Under the pieces are notes generated by a model that did not search any database, had not been told where the DNA came from, and was given only the letters and a program-made list of their open reading frames with translations. 64,000 bases of DNA, taken from Phoronis australis (Eukaryota; Animalia; Phoronida). The stretch is from the NCBI GenBank assembly GCA_002633005.1, contig NMRA01000551.1, forward strand, positions 202,809 to 266,808. The letters are read 5' to 3'. Within the stretch, counting starts at the first letter, position 1; each line of letters opens with the position of its first letter. Positions 1 through 12,918 of the stretch are shown here, piece after piece. Made by a program: the position numbers and the translations under genes.

Positions 1-2049
1 TTTCAACTCCAGAGGGCAGTGGTTTCCAAATTCAGATATCAATTCAGACCATTGTTTAGCGTTTTGTCTTATATCATGACTCGCAAATTATCTCCCATGA
101 TGGAACACATCCGGGGTGCAACACATCCATCCCCAGTGAGATGCTGGTCAACATATTGAATCCAAATACATTGTTTTTGCCCAATTTTTTCCAGTTAAAC
201 TAGTTTCAGTAAACTGACATTGCCATTCATTTTGTCATTTCATTTCTATAAAGCCATTGCTAATGTGGTAATTGCCCTGTTCAACACATAAGGAACTTAG
301 ATCAGCATTATTATATTAGGAGAATTGATGACGCCAATTCTTGTGCAACTTTTTTAATGATCGAGGTACAAGGTGCCTTGAAAAGTGTCACGTTTCTTAT
401 GGTCCAACGAAGAGCAATCTGCATTACGTCAAATAACAAAGCTAAGCCTCTCAGTCAAAATAATTTGGCATGTCAGGAACTTGTCTTGGTTGTGGTCCCC
501 AACAGATTTAAGTAGCGATATCTCTGTGGCACTTGTCATACACAGCAGAGACTGTTGTGTTAAGAGAACCAATATATCAACACACAGCAGTAGTGCCCTC
601 CCACCTGGACAAAGGTCATTCTATGACCCTCATCAACATATCTGCGATGTTAGAAACAGTCCACAGTCAAATCAACCAGGCTTCAGTTTTTCAGGGCCTC
701 CATAAATTAGCCATAGGGGTTATTCAGTACTCTTGAAAGATCTCTTCATTAAGCAAAATACGTGTGCACAAGTTTGAGGCTTGTAAGACTGTAATAATGA
801 TGGCATGTAAAATCATGTCATTTTTTGTATCATTGTTATATTAATGATAGCACTTAATTCTCGTCCATTTAAGGATTTGGGGATAATTTAGCTGGACAAT
901 GGTATTAACACATACCCTCTGCCTAGGATCTATCACAATAGTTACGTAAGAATTAGCAAACGTATTTAAAACTCATCAGGAGAAAGTTCATCACGAAATG
1001 TGATTGCAAACATTATTTAAATGGCTAACTCAATCAGAGAGCCAGACCATCAATACCTAAAAGACCGAAAACATGCCAAGATCGAAGAGATCAGACAAAG
1101 ACCAAAAACCAAGGTGATAGATGTTTTAGTACAGGCATTGGTCTCAGCCTCTGAGTCAATTTGTACCAGCTAGTATGCTAGTCAGTTTAATGTGAATGGT
1201 CGCAAAATCATATCACCAAAAACGTGGGTTTTGCTCAGGAATGTTGACCTTCCCAAGAAATTAAGCAGGCTACTTGGGACAGTCTACCTTGATGCAATTG
1301 CACAACAGTAATCAACAGTAAGTGAATGCACTTTAAAAGCAATATAAACTAACTGCTGGCAAAAATTATCCCAAAGTGGACAGGACGTCCTTCTCCAGGG
1401 AAAATGTTAGCTTCAACACGTGTGTGATTCTATTAAAAGCGAAAAAAATGCACTTGTCAATAACAAAAATCAAAAGTGCACAACAACTGTCCATTGTACT
1501 AGTGAGCTTTAACCGTAAGCATCACAAAAATTGAGCTGTCACTATTATCCCAGCTTTAAGTACAAACATGATCAGCTCTTGACCAAAGATTCAGGTCAAA
1601 ACTTGGTAAATGTTGCTGTATTGATTAACACTCTAGGCAACTATTTCACTAGTGAATAAATTAACACACAAAACACACATATCGAACCCTATGCAGTTTA
1701 TTCCAGCTAATCACAACTGATATATTTTATTTCAGGTGCCTGTCCCTTAACAACACTGCATTTAAAACTGCTTTTCCTAAGTATTTAGCGGCCAAAAATG
1801 AAAATGACAACAAGAAATCCAAGCTAGACGGGAGTTGCAAAATTCATGTAGAATGGTGCATGACAAACAAAGAGAAACACAAACACCACACGGTTAGTGC
1901 CAACCTTATGCATGAGTATGCACAGTGATTAGATGGAAACATTTACTGTTACTGTTGGAAGGAAGACGACGGTTATGAAGATGAACCGAGACCCTATCAA
2001 CACAGTTCAGATGACTCTTCAGGTATTCTCAGCTTGTCACATAAAAGGA

Positions 2050-2624
2050 GATGTCGGGATATTAAAGTTGAAACTGGTCTACTGGATTAACCTTCTTTGA
2101 TTTCCTAGATCTTCGGAGACATCTTGTCTCCTTCGATGGGATGTTGACTTTGATAAATCGCGGGAACTCTGGTCACGTGTGATCGCAAAACTGCCTCTAT
2201 AGTCTTGTTCCAGGATGAAGATAATTTAAATCTGGTGCCATCTAGTTTGTTGAGAGAAGGCTGTAGGGCTGTGATATAAATGGCCTACTGCACACCTCTC
2301 TCGAACCAGTTCTTTTCGCTGCACAAAAAAACTAGGATCTCTACATTTTCATTACTGAACTCATGGATATATGCTCATGCAGGTGATTATAACATGGCTG
2401 ATTACATTCCTTCCCCTGCAACCTCTTACAGGCTTCTCTCAACAAACTAGGTGGCGCCATCCTGAAACAAAAATATACTGGAGGCAGTTTCGAGATCACA
2501 CGTGACCAGAGTTCCGGCCATTCATCAAAGTCAACATCGAAGGAGACGAGAAGTCTCCGAAGATCTAGGAAAGCAAAAAAGGTAATCCAGCAGATCAGTT
2601 TCAAAATGAATATCTTAAACATTC
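2050..2624. repeat. Long inverted repeat / foldback (arms about 2050-2266 and 2425-2624, spacer about 160 bp)
   Basis: Right arm reverse complement aligns by eye to the left arm (tttcctagatcttcggagac, ggaactctggtcacgtgtgatc, ctagtttgttgagagaag). Confidence 0.85.
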
Positions 2625-5574
2625 GTGGATGGCTCAAGGTCTACATTTTATTAAAAGATGTCACGGCAAATTTCTGTGCAATTCAGAATTTAATGATTAT
2701 TGACCTTTATTAGAGTTAATCTTTAAGTGAGAACAAAATAGTCAACTTTATTTATCAACTGGAGAGGCAGAAATTGTTACATAATCTTTCTTGCACACAT
2801 TCCAACCAAAAAGGAAAGAGTATTGCTGTCCCTGCATACCAGAGGAGAAAGAACTTGACTAAGCAGGCCTGCCAACACTGTTTCCACAATAGGTGTGCAA
2901 TTTCACACACATGGAAAGCTACTTAGCCAAACTGACAGAGAGGCTGGTGGCAAGAGAAACCCAGAGATGTACTCTAGATTATTGTGAGTTGTCTGGTTAA
3001 GTACTGAAACACAACGCCTCTGCCATTAACTAGTATGAAGGCATGAAAAATACATCAATTAGAAGTATGATTACCAGAGCCGATTAGCAAAGGGATCTGA
3101 TTACAGGAGTTTTGAAAAACAAGCCAGGCCAAAACAAGGCACCTCTTTGTAAAAACGCAGCAATGCTTTGGTGACTCATTTTTGTAATAATATGTCAAGA
3201 AATTGAACACCATAAAAAGTCAAATACAGAAAACATTTTAACAAAATTTTGACCATCATTACTGCAGTACATGCACCCCTTCGGCAGACACTATTGTGCA
3301 CCAGCTTCTGCAGAAAGTAGGTTTATAGTAACACTGAAACTGGTGTCATCAACAAGGGCGAAAAAAAAACAAGTAATAAAGCGACTCACTTGATCATTCA
3401 CCTGAGTATTGGGATCATTCACCTGAGTATTGGGATCACACCACGTGAAATAAAATAACACAATAAATAAAGATACATTAACATTTTTCAGTGGCATCAA
3501 AAACTGAACACATGCCTGCAGATCAGTCACCACAAAACTATTGAAATGTTACACTTTCATCAGCAAGACAAAAGACCCTTCATTTTCCCACCTCAGCACG
3601 GACCGGACCTGTCGTGGCAATGGACTAGTACAAGAACTACTGTTGTCAAGAAGCCTGTTTATCAAGAACACTGATCCAAGGTCCTGTTGTGTGGAGTAGA
3701 GCAATTGCCCCATTAGCAATGACTTCACAGCAATAAAACACTGGCAGAATTAAATTGATATAGCATGAGCTAAAATAGTTATTTTTCGAAGTGTTTGACT
3801 TCTGGATTTGAAACTACTCGTAAAAGTAAGTTAGGATCATATATTTAACCAGAAGAATTATCATGAAAGGTAGCCAAAATAGATGCCTTAGGTTTCATTT
3901 CTCTGCAGCTCGTTGAAGAAAGTAGTTCCACTTGGTTGAACTAATTCTTTGAACAACAGTAGATAATTGGTTTGCGAGTTACTTAGATACTAGATTTAGC
4001 CTAGATTTGTAAACCACCATGGCCTGGAGTTACAACCAAACTGGATGTTTTTGTAATTATTCCACTCATAAATGAGCATCAAACTGCACAGTTAACTTAA
4101 TCTTTCCACTGGCTTCACTATTAACTGCCACTCCAATCAGTCCAAGTTATCTCTTTAGGCCTTTTTATACTGACTTAACTCCGGTTTCAGCAGAGCGTCC
4201 ACGCAAACTGTGAAGTTCACTTCTTCTGTTCATACTGGCTTCATTAGTTAACGGACATCGAAGTAAATGGCAGGTGATTTGTTGTCATCGAAGTAATCGT
4301 AACTTGGCGCTACACGCTAAGGTTTTTCTAATGTGACAATTTGGGAACATTTACATGTGCTAATTGACATAAAACTTATATTGAATTCGATTGGTGATTA
4401 TTCGAGCACATTAGAAGCATGGAACGACACTGCCCTTTATCAATGACGATAACACCGACACCTGGTGATAACTTCGATGGAAACGAAGTTGACCATTCAT
4501 ACTGCACAGCAGCATCAACGCCCTGCTGTTAAATCCACCTGTTTACTGCGAAGTTAAGTAGCGCTGTTAACTTCGATCCAGGACCGAAGTTAACCATTCA
4601 CACTGACCGCAACTCCTCAAAACATCGACGCCTCACCGTTAATATGAAAGATAGTATGTGTGACACTCACTGACTGAACATGGACGTGTCAGCATTTAGA
4701 GGGTAACACGGCCTGTTTCAGCATGACATTTAAACCAGCAGAGTATTAGCAGGATCGACTCAAGCGGACAGCCCTTTGATGCCAATGTTTTTCCACAAGA
4801 GAACAGGACTTGATTATTTATGTCACAAGTGTATAGTTCCGGAGCCTTAGTGTTCTAAGTGGTTATATCAGAATCTTGTTACAAAATGCACTTGACTCCT
4901 GTGCGGGATTTCTGGACACAAGAGGCAATATACTTGACCGGTCAACTGATAATCACAGCCAACCATTTCTAGTAAGAAGATGAATCAGAAAAACTCTGAA
5001 TCTGCTGACTTTACTTATTGGCTTAGAGCTGAAACTTACGAAAAAAACTAAACTTTAACCAACGGCTGCATAAACAGAACAATACAATAACATATTGTGC
5101 CTCCTTTCATGACATCGATGTTCCTGGCATGTTCTCTGCTCAAATAAGCCCTGTTTTTTCAAAAAAAAACATCCCGGCTTATAGGTAGGGTACTACATAT
5201 GTAAAAATATTTCGTTTTCCAAAACACACTAACAAGACAAAAAACTCACAAGTAATTTAGAAAATAAATATATAGGACCGTCAGGTCTTAGGATCGACTT
5301 CATCAACAGAGTATAAGTAATTCCTTGTATCAACAAATCACAGTGTAATTTGGAACCAACTTACATATTACAATGTTAGCAAATTCAACAGCAGCTGGTT
5401 TCTTACAAAAAAAATAAATAGTTTAACATGAACTAGCTAAAACTAACTGTATCAGTATCAACAGAACAAAAGCAGTGTTTGTTTATCTTACCAGAGGAAT
5501 TTTGTTGTGTCAATACATTCAATACAAAAACAATGCTAAAAACAAATTAAAACAACTGATAAACAACCAAATGA

Positions 5575-5760
5575 AAGCGCTCCGAGGAGCGAACCTTGGC
5601 GAAATTAACCAAAAAGATGACGATAAAGATGATGACAAAGATGACGAATATGACGACGATGGTGAAAAAAAGAAGTATTAATAACATACACATGGCGAAC
5701 GTAGAGGTCCGAAATCAGTAAGAAAAAGGCTACAGTCTTGTGCGACACTTGCCGAANTAC
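5575..5760 (-). repeat. Fragment of the same interspersed repeat as 42925-43110
   Basis: Reverse-complement similarity by eye; accounts for the Asp-rich ORF 5475-5681. Confidence 0.75.
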
Positions 5761-6223
5761 CAAAAGAGTGACTCCTAAAAGTACAATACCATTTGTGCTG
5801 TTGAAGCACCAAACCACATGAACTGAAATGGTTAACAATACCTAGAGCAGACAACTGTCCCAACCTGCCACAGGTGACAGACAAGAGCAGATGTCAGATG
5901 ATTTTGACTGCCACTGCTTCACTATCTCAACAAGTCGGTGTAATTTACTGACAAGATACTGACAAGTCCCAGTACTAGAACATGAAACCATCTTCAAGGA
6001 TGAAAACCAACATTTAAGCTGTGTATTCAGCGATAGGCAGGTCACTAACTGACAACTTCAAATTAGAATCAATCCAGTTAGCTGCAACAAATACAGCCAG
6101 GCAGACAGTCAATGAACTTCATTTAGCACCAGTGCTGTAACACGTGAATTAGGAAAATTCAGACTATATAAGAGAATGAACAGATATCCATGTGAAATTA
6201 AAGGCCTTTAATAAAGTCAAACT

Positions 6224-6476
6224 CAAGCGGACACCCAAAGGGGGCTCGAGCCCCCCCATTTGGTGAAGTGGGCAAAAAGGTCGACCTCAGAGAAACAAAA
6301 AATCCACTGAAAAAAGTAGAAAACGAAGCAAAATTCCACTAAAATGGTAGAAGCTACCAAACTTCGGCGAATTCACAATTCATAGCTCAGAAAGTACCCC
6401 GTGAATCTAAGTAAAAGTGACACATTCTCAAAAATTCGAGCCCCCCCCCCATTTTCTTAAGCCGGGTGCGCGCATG
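6224..6476 (+). mobile_element. Non-autonomous DNA transposon (MITE) family A, copy 1
   Basis: TIRs caagcggacaccc / gggtgcgcgcatg; flanks aaact / aagct (5-bp TSD, 1 mismatch); body similar to copies at 24708 and 28460. Confidence 0.75.
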
Positions 6477-8669
6477 AAGCTGACAACGTAGTTAATACTT
6501 ACCGGTAATTTCTGAAAATAGGCTCACCTAAAAGTACACCCATGGACGTATTTTTGTTAACTGTGCATGTTTTGAAACTCTGGTAGATTCTTCTAAAATA
6601 CCTATGTAAAAGTTTGTTTATTATGGCAAGGCATTAGGGAATTATAATCATTTAACAAGATATTGGGTGATCTAGTAGGTAAATAGCTGGATCAGTGGAG
6701 TATGAAGGACAGATTTAATGCACTATGCTTGCTGAATGCGAAATAAGTATGTTTATTAAAAAACATTGCTTCAGATTATCTTGAAGTAGCTTGTACATTT
6801 AGGTATTGATGTCAACGCCAACAGACAGGAATCACTTAATCAAACTGATTCTTTATCAGTACAAACTAACAGGACTAACCACATTTGCAGAAGAGCTGAT
6901 CATTCTATATACTTTCAAAATAGTCATGAACGGATAATTAACGATAAAGTTTCACACACTTTCCAAAAATATACTTCTCCCTTTCCAAACATATGACGAA
7001 GCCGATATACGTTTTCTTTTGATGTTTTGAAAGGTCGATTTCCAGATATTTGACCATGGGCCAAAATTCAGAAGCTCCTTGTAATAATTTTTAGTGTTTA
7101 TGTAAATATATTAATAACAGATATAAGTCATTTCAAGTACTGAAGTGTTACCATGGCAACTGGATACTCACATTCAACTGAGCATGTCAGATTTTCATAA
7201 AGAACGTCTCCAACGATAACAGACAACTTTGCAGCAGTAATGTTATAATGGCAAATTTTACCAATTTAAGACACGGTGTGGCAAAAAATGGTTTCTTACT
7301 TTCTCTTATTAATCAAAAGATATGTAGTACCAAATAAATGCTTTAGCAGTATCAAGTTCTGTACCATAGTTACCATTAGACAATATATTGAAAAATTATG
7401 CATCCACCATTGCAATGCAAGAAGAACATAAAGATGGTAATTTTGAGCAACTGTATTTCAGAAATTACCTAACTCATCTGGTAAATGCCCACCCTTGAAA
7501 TTTCTTAACTGCCACTTTTAAATGACAAAGCAAGTCTTTAATGACCATGATTTATACCATTGAGATTCCTTAATTGAGGTTACACAGGACCTTATTGACA
7601 AGTCTTCGTACATACGTATTCAACCAATTATCTTCAAAATTCTAAATTTTAACTTAGTAAAAATAAGTATTTTATGAAAGAAGAAAGCCTCTAAAATGTA
7701 TTTTTTATATTTTATCAATCAGACATTAATTGTTATGTGAGCATATCCTTTAAGTAATATAGCAATAAGGTACACTGATAGCAGTCAACGCTATCAATAA
7801 CATGAACAAATTTTATTTGATATAAGCATTCAAGACGAGATGTTAAAAACGCTGTTACAAATTTTCTAAAATATCTAGATGCAAAATTATAAATCATGAC
7901 TCCTGGAGTAATGACTATAAAATAACTTCCTGACATTGTGGAGCCGCCTGGCTGTCAAGTTCTACTGATTCCGGAGAAAATCTTATTGCTCTCTGTGAAG
8001 TTAACTGACAACTGTAAGACCCTGGACCATAAGTTATGTAGTTTAAATCTGTCACATTCGTGTCAATTCAAAAAGGAGTTCTTGGCTTTAACCGAAACAA
8101 CCTCTCTAACACTGGCAGAGGGTGACGAAATTGTCACGGGAACAAGATAGTCATCAATCCCCAGTAGAAGGAGCTAGTCAGCTCCACAATGTTGAGAAGT
8201 TTATTTTATAGTATGTAAGTCCAGTAATCATAATTTACATTTTTGCATCTATTTATTCACCTGGATGAATGATAATATCCATCATCTTTCTAAAACATCA
8301 GTTCATTTTCGCTTTATGCTCCTTAAAGATTTTTCTCATGAAAACCATAAAAGACCTATTATTTGAAAGCTTAATTCAATTTTTGATTTCAGTCAACTTG
8401 ACAAGGCAAATACAGCTTCAAATATTGAAATTCCCTGGGCCCATCTTCTACCTTTTATAGTAACCAGGTAATAGCAAGTGGGTCAAAAGGTCAAGCTAAC
8501 ACGTGCTCTGCTAAACACAAGAGCTTTGAATAGCTGGGGAGTACAGAATTTGGATAAGAGGTCATCCAGCTACACCATTCATTCCATTGTATACCTAATT
8601 TTGCATACACTATTGTTATCCTGAGCTCCTTACATTGGTTTAACCAACACTGAGTTGGATAGCTGCAGG

Positions 8670-9665
8670 ATGTCTGATACCACCATAAAGCTGAGCTCTG
8701 GATTTGATATTCCACTGGTGGGAGTTGGGACTGCCAAGTCACCAAAAGGAGCTGTTGCTAAGGCGATTGAGACAGCACTAAAAGTTGGATATCGACACAT
8801 AGACGGTGCTTACCTCTACAACAATGAAGACGAAGTTGGGGAGGGACTGAAGTCTGCGATTGACAAGGGATATGTTACACGGGATGACGTCTTTATTACT
8901 GGTAAACTCTGGATCATGTGTTATCGCAAAGACTTGGTCAGAGAGTGTTTAGCCACGAGCTTGAAAAATCTGGGCGTTGATTACATTGATCTATACCTTC
9001 TTCACTGGCCATTCACCCTGAGACAGGGCCTCCCTGACACTATTGTGGACGCAGTTCAGGGTAGCCTGTCCATGTCCTTCCTTCCCAAGGATGAACAGGG
9101 AGAAATTCAGTTGGAGGAAGTCAGCTACATGGAGGCCTGGAGAGTCCTTGAGGATTGTGTAAGAGAAGGACTCATTCGTTCAATTGGATTGTCGAATTTT
9201 AATAGTATCCAAGTTCAGGATGTGTTGGATAAGGCGGAAATAAAACCGGTCATGAATCAGATCGAATGTCACCCCTATCTCAATCAGGAGAAGCTGGTGA
9301 AGTTTTGCACGGACCGAAATATCGCTGTCACAGCATACTGCCCATTGGGAGGTCCTGTAGGCAACAGTGGTCCATTCAACAAGCCGATTCCACGACTTCA
9401 TGAAGATACAGACATCCTTGAATTAGCAAAGAAGTATGGGAAAACTGCAGCTCAGATAGCGCTGCGATTTAACGTGCAGCGTAGTATTGTGGTTGTTCCA
9501 AGGAGCTGCAATGAGGGTCGTCTACAGCAGAACTTGGATGTGTTTGATTTTGAATTGTCAGAAGACGACATGAAAGCAATATACGCTAAGAACAGCAACC
9601 AGCGTACATGTCCAGCTCATATATTCAAGGATGCCCCTCAATATCCATTTAATATTCCTTTCTAG
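8670..9665 (+). CDS. AKR1: Aldo-keto reductase family 1 (AKR1A/1B-like aldose/aldehyde reductase), intron-free CDS, 331 aa
   Basis: ORF 8655-9665; first ATG at 8670 (MSDTTIKLSSGFDIPLVGVGT). Catalytic tetrad motifs GYRHIDGAYLY (Asp,Tyr), TGKLW (Lys), DLYLLHWP (His); IGLSNFN, NQIECHPYL, DFELS and a C-terminal YPF. Colinear with human AKR1B1 as recalled. Confidence 0.95.
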   Translation: MSDTTIKLSSGFDIPLVGVGTAKSPKGAVAKAIETALKVGYRHIDGAYLYNNEDEVGEGLKSAIDKGYVTRDDVFITGKLWIMCYRKDLVRECLATSLKNLGVDYIDLYLLHWPFTLRQGLPDTIVDAVQGSLSMSFLPKDEQGEIQLEEVSYMEAWRVLEDCVREGLIRSIGLSNFNSIQVQDVLDKAEIKPVMNQIECHPYLNQEKLVKFCTDRNIAVTAYCPLGGPVGNSGPFNKPIPRLHEDTDILELAKKYGKTAAQIALRFNVQRSIVVVPRSCNEGRLQQNLDVFDFELSEDDMKAIYAKNSNQRTCPAHIFKDAPQYPFNIPF

Positions 9666-10364
9666 TGTCAAGCGGTATGTAGTATGTAGTACATAGTGAA
9701 GTCATACGTCATGTCTACACTGTGAGTTACCTAAGCATCTACACTAGATACACGCTACACTAGTGACAAAATGGAAATTATGCAAGTGGAGCTTTACTAC
9801 ATTGTGGTTGATGATTTGCGTTTTTCCTGTCAAGTTTTTGAAGATGGTGTGAGTTGATAAAGTGATGAGCGAAATATTGACACATTATGATTAGAGGAAA
9901 CTTTAGCACAGAAATGATGGTACACACAAGATGTAAATTTTGAATGTGACGCGCAAACGCAGAGAGGCTAATTTTGTCTTGTAACATAGTTAGCAATAGC
10001 TAACCAATTGCAACCACGGCAACACTTGTGATAACAGCACAAATGATGACTATACACTACTACAATACCGAGTTACAACTTGTTCCCTTAGTAACATGTT
10101 CTTGGCAGACTAATTCATACTGTGGACAGCATTAGTGCCTAGTATCATCATAGTCCTGGGTTTGTAATTTATGAAATTCTCAAAAACTGCGTGAAAAATA
10201 AAGCTAAACTAAAAATATGTTTTAAATGCTAGTTAACCACCTGGGGCTAAGTTATGTCTGGGAACCAATATCTCATATTGGTTCCTATGTTATAATGCAA
10301 CAATGATGTCACACTATCATGTGACCTGTTGCTATTGTTCAGGACTTGACAAGGCAGGGTCATC

Positions 10365-10512
10365 CCGATGTGTTCCGGGGCTCTGTATGTCCCGGGTTCT
10401 TTGTGTCCGGTTTTATGCATATCGGGGTTCTCTGTGTCCTGGGTTCAATGTGTCCAGTTTTCTGTGTACCAGGAGGAGTTCTATGTGTCCCAAGTTCTGT
10501 ATGTCCCAGTGT
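10365..10512. repeat. Degenerate ~16-bp tandem repeat (tgtgtcc.gggttctg-like)
   Basis: Direct reading; followed by tgacc(c/t)tga motifs at about 10700 typical of invertebrate interspersed repeats. Confidence 0.75.
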
Positions 10513-12918
10513 GGAAATTGTGATGGTCCCGCTGTAGAGCATGTCTTAGCTGCATCAGAATGCCAACATACAGGCACCTTATTCAGTGGATTACCCGGAT
10601 GCTTCATTCAAATACATGCAAGCGGGACAATTTCTCCAGGATTTGAATGCTGTGTAAGTTTTTGGCTAAAGATAGCGTTTTTGGGGAAATTGTCATGTGA
10701 CCCTGACCTTGAATGACCTTGTGTCAAAAATTGGGTGTCCTGGTGAACATAAGAATCGACCCAATGATCCTGAGATTGTGTCAAGTGATTCCAGAGATAT
10801 GCCTGCGTGTAATTTATGCTATTGGGAAAAATTTTGACGTAATTATGTGTGCAAATCAGGGTTAATGAGGTTAAATTTTTGCCATATATCAGGATCGAAA
10901 ACACCTCAAAATTGTAGTGTGTACCTAAAATGGCGATTGTAGCTAAAATCCGGGAAGCAATTGCAAAGCTCCCAAAATGCTAGTGTTGCATTTAACATTG
11001 CACAATAATCAGGGCTCTCATTGCCTCAATGTTCTGGTCAACTACCTTGAACACTAAAAAATCACACCACATTCTCCACATCGGATCCAAAAATTATTCT
11101 CCAATGATAAAAAATCCTCTCACAGTCACTTTGAACTCACACAGATCCCAGCTTCAGAAAGTTTTATCAACTGAAAATCCTCGCATCATTGTCATGCCTT
11201 TCTAGAGTTTACAGCCTCAATGAAGAGAATAGACACTGGGTTAGTTTATAACAATGCAGGCAGGAGCACATAGTACTGAGTTTACTTCATTAAGTTCCAC
11301 AAGTTGTGATTGATATTTTTTCGCATCAGTGAAAGTAGAAAGTATGTAGAATTCGGTTTTTGAAAATGTAATCAGGCACAAAGTAGATAACCTGCAGTAC
11401 ATTCAAAATATTAAGCAAAATATATATATAGCGATGATGTACAATTGACAACAATATTAAGCAGCCACAACATATATATCCACACGTGCATGCACATTTC
11501 CATCATCACTGTAGGTCCCACATCCACAACTTATGTCCCAAACCCTTAGCAGAATCTTCATGGAATTTCAAAATTGTGTTCCTGAACGTAATGACAGATG
11601 AGGGCTTTTGGACAAACTTGACAACTGCATGACGCCAATCAATTTTATGAATTCAGTTCAATAGCAGTTGTATTCATTCATGTTTTAAAATAATAGTAGT
11701 ACTATTTATTTATTATAGTACAAGTCCCTATTCATTACAGATTAGTACAACGTTGAAATAAGCTCTGTAAAAGCATAATTTTTGTGACCATAGAAAACGT
11801 GTAGATTTTTCTTCAAAATTTGGTAAAGGTACATTCACAGCAAAACTGGCGTCGATAACGTGACCAACTTTCATTTTATGTTAATGTTCAAGATGAACTT
11901 TCAAAAACTCTGTTAGAATTTTCTAAAATACTTTGTTTTCGTTTCATTTAACTTTTGATTCTTGTATAAAAATCCCAAAAGTCCTATTTTTTAACCCTCC
12001 TGCAAAAGTGGAATGTTTTGAAGGGACATTTATTTTTCAGGTAGTGCTGAATTGAAACCACTAGCTGCCAAACCACCGAGACAAATCCCATGCGTCAGTA
12101 ACAGATTAATTTAAGGATATTTGAACGATAGACACTAGGCTTGATCTCAGCCAATGTCTGGCAGATAATAGCGATTTATAATAAAATCTCAATAACACAA
12201 TGATTTTGTTATTTTATATTTCTAGTCAAAGCAAATAACTTCAAGAAGTCGCCCATTCATCAAAATCCCAAAAATTCGTTTTTGGACATAAACCAATAAA
12301 GTCCCCTTAAACAACTCCTCACACTTTTATGTTCATAAAGCATATTTATGAAAATTTCTCATGAATCCAATACCCATTTCTGAAATATGACTTTCCAAAG
12401 TTATCCAAATTTGGATATTTTTCTTTCGCTGAATACTTGCCATTTTTCTCATGCAAGGCTGTCCAACCCTGTGCCTGACCACTTGCAGCAAATCAGCACC
12501 TGCGCAACACGAGCTGTGCACAAATAAAAAATTGAGAAGTCTGTGTGTGATAAATTTTTAAGACTCGCATATGCAGGCTCGATGTAAAGATGGTGAAGTT
12601 ACCCAATAGGGCATAAACATTGTTATATTACAACTGCGTGACTGTTGTGAACGTGTGTAGAAATGGTGTTTTGTATCAGAGAAAAATGAAACATATGGAA
12701 TTGAACGTTATAAGCTACAAAATGTAATAAGAGGGTTCACAGCACTGACAAACACTGCAGTGCTCTCTATTAGCAGACAGTAACACTAATCATGCACTAA
12801 GTAAGTAGGTTATCAGGTCACAATATACAGTGCAAAGATAGCGTGACCCTGTGCAGGATAACTTCATCTGTTAAAAAAGCACCAGGAGTTGGTCAGGTTC
12901 CTAACAACTGCAAACACC

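Noticed and set aside
1-1020. Possible ancient CR1/L2 LINE remnant on the minus strand
   Set aside because: Only faint motif echoes with many stops; not supportable without a profile search.
5475-5681. Asp-rich ORF with DDDK repeats
   Set aside because: Part of an interspersed repeat also present reversed at about 42925-43110.
7147-7160. Perfect RFX X-box GTTACCATGGCAAC upstream of AKR copy 1
   Set aside because: This palindrome is frequent in invertebrate interspersed repeats and the context is repeat-like; no supporting evidence.
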